Positions 22,403 to 25,801 of a stretch of DNA of 25,801 nucleotides are shown here, in pieces (position 1 is the stretch's first letter; every line of letters starts with the position of its first letter). This stretch comes from a bacterium (GTDB taxonomy: Bacteria > Elusimicrobiota > Elusimicrobia > UBA1565 > UBA9628). The position numbers were made by a program, and so were the translations under genes. Where the stretch lies: positions 1-25,801 of the forward strand of contig JAJYFI010000001.1 in assembly GCA_021790955.1 (NCBI GenBank), given 5' to 3'. The notes below the pieces were generated by a model. It had not been told where the DNA came from. It saw nothing but the letters and a program-made list of their open reading frames with translations, and did no database searches.

Positions 22403-24559
22403 ATGAGCGACCGCCTGCGTTCAGGCCTATTCCGAAGATTTGCCCTTTGGATGGGCCTCCTGGCCATGACGCCTGTCCTCATGCTGGGCGTCTCGGTCCT
22501 CAACCTAAGCCAGCGCGGGATCGAGGACGCCGTCCTCGAGCTCCAGACCAATCTCGCCGACAAGCTCGCCGTGGGCGTCGACGACTACCTTGGTTCCATT
22601 GACCGGGGAACGAGCTTCATCCTCGAGACGCTCCGCTCAAAAATTCCGTGGGGGGACAAGGCGCAGCTCTTGAAGCGGTTCTTGGACGCCAACCCCGACG
22701 TCTCCCAAATCGCGATCCTGGACCGGGATGGACGCGAGCTTCTTAAAGCCTATAATCCCGACCTTCCTGCCGCGGGCGGGGAAGCGGCGTCCCCTTCGGC
22801 GCTGAGACGCGTCGGAAGCGGCGGGCCAAGGCTCATCACGGTGCGCCAAGCCGCGGGCCTCCCGGTCGTCGACGTCTACTACCCCCTGGATTCGAGGGTC
22901 GCCCGCGTCGAAGTGTTCCTTAAATCCTTGGCCGAAAGGATAGCCCAGGAACGAGTCGGGGGGACGGGATTCGCGGTCTTGGTCGACGGCCAGGGACGCC
23001 CTCTTGCCTATCCCGCGGGCAAGCTCGATCGATCCCAAATCAAGGATTTTCCCCGCTGGCCGATCGTGGCGCTCGCCGTGTCGGCCCGCAGCGTCGGCTC
23101 CGAGTCTTTCCGAACTCCGGAGGGGAAGGCCTTTGTCGGGGCTTATGCCTCGTCGCGCCGCGCGCCCATGGCGATCGTCGTCTTGCAGGAGCGAAGGGAG
23201 GCCTTCGCGGCGTCCCGATCGGTCAAGCACGCCCTGGCCTTCGCCGCCGTCGCGGTGATCTTCCTTTCCCTCCTGGGCGCCGCGGGACTGGTCCGGCATC
23301 TCACAAAGCCCCTTTTCTCCCTGACCCAGGCGGCGCAACGGGTGGCCCATGGCGACTTCGCCGCCAAGGTTTCCCTGAGGACGGACGACGAGCTGCGGAC
23401 GCTGGCCGAGACCTTCAACGGCATGACCGAGCAGTTGCGGGCCTACGCCGAGCTTCAGGTCGACCGGCTTCTGGCGGAGCAGCGCAAAACCCAAGCCATC
23501 CTCTTCTCGATCTCGGACGGCATCCTGATGGTGGATCCGGAAGGGCGCATTCTTCTCGGCAATCGCAGGGCCTGCGAGCTTCTCGGCTGGGATCACGGGG
23601 GGGGCCTGGAGGGCGAGCGCATCGAGGAGGTCGTGACCGCCTCGCCTCTTCAGGAGGCGATCCTGTCCGCCTTCCGCTCGCCGCGGCCGGGCGCTTTCCG
23701 CGACGTGGACGTCCCCGTGGGCGACAAGCGGCGCTATCTTAGAGTCCTCTCCCATCCGGTCGTCGCGCCGGAGAATGCCGCCGCGCGCGGCTTCGTCATC
23801 GCGGTTCGGGACGTCACGGTGGAGCGCGAATTGGACAAAATGAAGGAGGATTTCCTCCATTACATCACCCACGATCTGCGCAATCCGATCGGCTCGGCCA
23901 TGGGATTTTTGGACGTTCTTTTAAAGGAAGTGGCGGGGACTCTCAACACCGAGCAGAAGGGAATGGTCTCCTCGGTCAAGCGCTCCCTGACGCGCCTTCT
24001 GGGCATGGTCAACAACATCCTCGACATCGCCAAGATGGACGCGGGCAAGGTGCGCATCCAGCTCAACCCGGTTTCGATTCCCGAGGCGGCGTCCCGCGCG
24101 ATCGCCATTTTGGAGTCCCTGGCGCAAAGAAAGAACATCACGGTGGCGCTTCTTGGGGATCCCGCCCTTCAAATCAACGCCGACAACGATATGCTCGAGC
24201 GGGTCTTCGTCAATCTGCTCGGCAACGCGATCAAGGTGACGCCCGAGGGGGGGCGCATCGAGATCTCGGTCGAGGACGCGGGCAAGGTGGTGCGCTCGAC
24301 GGTGAAGGATTCCGGAGAGGGGATCCCGAAGGAATTTCTCAGCCGTCTCTTCGGAAAATTCGAGCAGGTTCAAAATCACAGCAAGGGAGGGACGGGGCTG
24401 GGCTTGGCGATCGTCAAATTCTTCGTCCAGGCGCACCTGGGCCGTGTCTGGGCGGAGTCCGAGCCGGGCTCCGGCGCGCGCTTCATCTTCGAAATTCCTA
24501 AAAACCTATGTCTCGACGAGGAAGGCGTCGTCCATCTGGCCGAAACGGTCGCCCGCTAG
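22403..24559 (+). CDS. Membrane sensor histidine kinase (Cache-like periplasmic, HAMP, PAS, HisKA, HATPase_c), 718 aa
   Basis: Two TMs flanking a periplasmic region; HAMP (PLFSLTQAAQRVAHGDF...DELRTLAETFNGM); PAS (ISDGILMVDPEGRILLGNRRACELLG...VRDVT); H-box THDLRNP; N-box NLLGNAIK; G1 DSGEGIP; F LFGKF; G2 GTGLGL. Confidence 0.93.
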   Translation: MSDRLRSGLFRRFALWMGLLAMTPVLMLGVSVLNLSQRGIEDAVLELQTNLADKLAVGVDDYLGSIDRGTSFILETLRSKIPWGDKAQLLKRFLDANPDVSQIAILDRDGRELLKAYNPDLPAAGGEAASPSALRRVGSGGPRLITVRQAAGLPVVDVYYPLDSRVARVEVFLKSLAERIAQERVGGTGFAVLVDGQGRPLAYPAGKLDRSQIKDFPRWPIVALAVSARSVGSESFRTPEGKAFVGAYASSRRAPMAIVVLQERREAFAASRSVKHALAFAAVAVIFLSLLGAAGLVRHLTKPLFSLTQAAQRVAHGDFAAKVSLRTDDELRTLAETFNGMTEQLRAYAELQVDRLLAEQRKTQAILFSISDGILMVDPEGRILLGNRRACELLGWDHGGGLEGERIEEVVTASPLQEAILSAFRSPRPGAFRDVDVPVGDKRRYLRVLSHPVVAPENAAARGFVIAVRDVTVERELDKMKEDFLHYITHDLRNPIGSAMGFLDVLLKEVAGTLNTEQKGMVSSVKRSLTRLLGMVNNILDIAKMDAGKVRIQLNPVSIPEAASRAIAILESLAQRKNITVALLGDPALQINADNDMLERVFVNLLGNAIKVTPEGGRIEISVEDAGKVVRSTVKDSGEGIPKEFLSRLFGKFEQVQNHSKGGTGLGLAIVKFFVQAHLGRVWAESEPGSGARFIFEIPKNLCLDEEGVVHLAETVAR

Positions 24560-25801
24560 CGCTAGCGGCCTTCGCGCTCTGGCTGTCGGCGGCCCTGCCG
24601 GCGTCGTCCCGAGAGTCGGCGCGTCTCCAGGACGTTCCCGTCGAGCCCGGGGACACCCTCTGGGGCATCGCCCAGAAATACCTCAAGAATCCCCAGGGAT
24701 GGGATAGCATCTTGAGCTACAACAGGCTTCCCTCCTCGGACCCGACGGCCGCCTTGCCCGGCATGGTGCTGAAAGTCCCGGTTTCCCTTATCAAGGAGGG
24801 AATGCGGGCGGCGCGGTTTCTCTTTCTCATCAATCGCGTGGAACTGCGCCGGAGAGAGACCGCGGATTGGAGCGCCGCGGGCTTTTCCATGCAGCTCTAC
24901 CGCGGCGACGCCGTGCGCACGATGCTCTCGTCCCGGGCCGACGTGAGCTTCCTTGATGGGGGCGTCATCAAGATCGGCCCGCAAAGCCTCGCGATCCTCA
25001 AGCCGCCTCGAAACCCCCAAGACATCAGCCTTCGCCGGGGAGTCGCCTTGGCCCGACGCGCCATGGTCGTCACCCCTTCCGCCAAAATCACGCCAAAAAC
25101 GCACGACACGCAGTACATCGCCCGAGTGCGCCAGGACTTGAGCACCGTCGTCAAGGTGTACGCGGGCGTCGCGGCGGTCAGCTCCGCCGGAAAGTCGGTG
25201 GACGTGAAAGCCGGCATGCAGGCGACCGCGCAATTGGGACTTGCGCCCGGGCCGGCGGTCAGGATCAGGGACATGCCCGGATTCGAGGCCGAAGTCGCGA
25301 GTTATGGCGGAGCCGTCGACGGATCTGGCCGGACCAAGATCGCGATCGCCCCCGGGGCCGCGATCGCGCAGGCTCGTCCCGAGGAGCTCAAGACATCCGC
25401 CGACGGAGATGACCTTTCGGCGGATATCAAGGCCATGAGCGTCGGCATGCCTCTCTCGGGCTACCGGGTTCAGGCGTCCTTCGACCGAAATTTCTCAACC
25501 GTCATCTTCAATCATGTCTACGATCCGGATCATCGCTTCAGTCCGGCGGAATCGGGTCTCGGCGCGGGCATCTACTGGTGGCGCATCGCCCTTATCGACC
25601 TCCTGGGATATCAGCAGAAATTTTCGCCGCCCAGGCTCTATTCGGTGGGGGCGCGCCGCGGCGGCGCGGAGGAGGGGGACATCCACCGGGCCTGGAGGCT
25701 CATGAAGCCCTCCCGGGATATGACGGTCTCGGCGGATAAGTATTTGGTGCAAGGCATTTTGAAGACGCCGTCGCTCGAGGTGACGGTCAACGATGTCCCG
25801 G
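24508..25801 (+). CDS. Secreted LysM + FecR-domain protein with downstream Ig/FN3-like beta domain; 3' end outside the window (absent from the ORF track)
   Basis: Translated by hand in frame 1 from ATG 24508 with no stop to the window end. Signal peptide MSRRGRRRPSGRNGRPLALAAFALWLSAALPA; LysM VEPGDTLWGIAQKYLKNPQGWDSILSYN...LPGMVLKVP; FecR-like LYRGDAVRTMLSSRADVSFLDGGVIKIGPQS...VVKVYAGVAAV; FN3-like YRVQAS...GIYWWRIALID. Confidence 0.85.
   Translation, partial: MSRRGRRRPSGRNGRPLALAAFALWLSAALPASSRESARLQDVPVEPGDTLWGIAQKYLKNPQGWDSILSYNRLPSSDPTAALPGMVLKVPVSLIKEGMRAARFLFLINRVELRRRETADWSAAGFSMQLYRGDAVRTMLSSRADVSFLDGGVIKIGPQSLAILKPPRNPQDISLRRGVALARRAMVVTPSAKITPKTHDTQYIARVRQDLSTVVKVYAGVAAVSSAGKSVDVKAGMQATAQLGLAPGPAVRIRDMPGFEAEVASYGGAVDGSGRTKIAIAPGAAIAQARPEELKTSADGDDLSADIKAMSVGMPLSGYRVQASFDRNFSTVIFNHVYDPDHRFSPAESGLGAGIYWWRIALIDLLGYQQKFSPPRLYSVGARRGGAEEGDIHRAWRLMKPSRDMTVSADKYLVQGILKTPSLEVTVNDVP

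Noticed and set aside
24508-24600. Tat signal in the LysM-FecR protein (SRRGRR)
   Set aside because: Lacks the S/T-R-R-x-F-L-K hydrophobic positions; treated as an Arg-rich Sec-type leader.

Overview
High-GC bacterial chromosomal window, almost all on the + strand. It resembles Elusimicrobiota gene content from recall only; this is not verified. The left edge has a 5'-truncated RlmI-type 23S rRNA m5C methyltransferase and an Fe-S-staple PD-(D/E)XK nuclease. A 370-bp intergenic region follows, with back-to-back sigma70-like promoters, a 122-nt fold-back element and a possible 63-aa ORF. The core (2.7-22.4 kb) is an uncharacterised cell-envelope locus. It contains two Tad-type pseudopilins (a 14-Cys TadG/Tad-like protein and a TadE-like protein) and a translationally adjacent FtsH-family protease paralog lacking the periplasmic domain. 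These are followed by a tandem array of seven Gly/Ala-rich membrane-anchored proteins related by a shared 'A-x-G-Q-L...(A/Q)-F-D' motif. Four of them (~505-513 aa) also share a C-terminal multi-helix glycine-zipper-like hydrophobic module. A convergent two-gene unit (SRPBCC plus LpxL-like acyltransferase) interrupts the array. The locus ends with a secreted Cys-tailed protein and an O-antigen-ligase/O-OTase-like TPR protein, followed by a HAMP-PAS histidine kinase and a 3'-truncated LysM-FecR protein. The Tad motor ATPase, TadB/C, secretin, Flp pilin and prepilin peptidase are not in this window. No tRNA, rRNA, CRISPR array or transposase was found. All family calls come from motif recognition by eye, not database searches.
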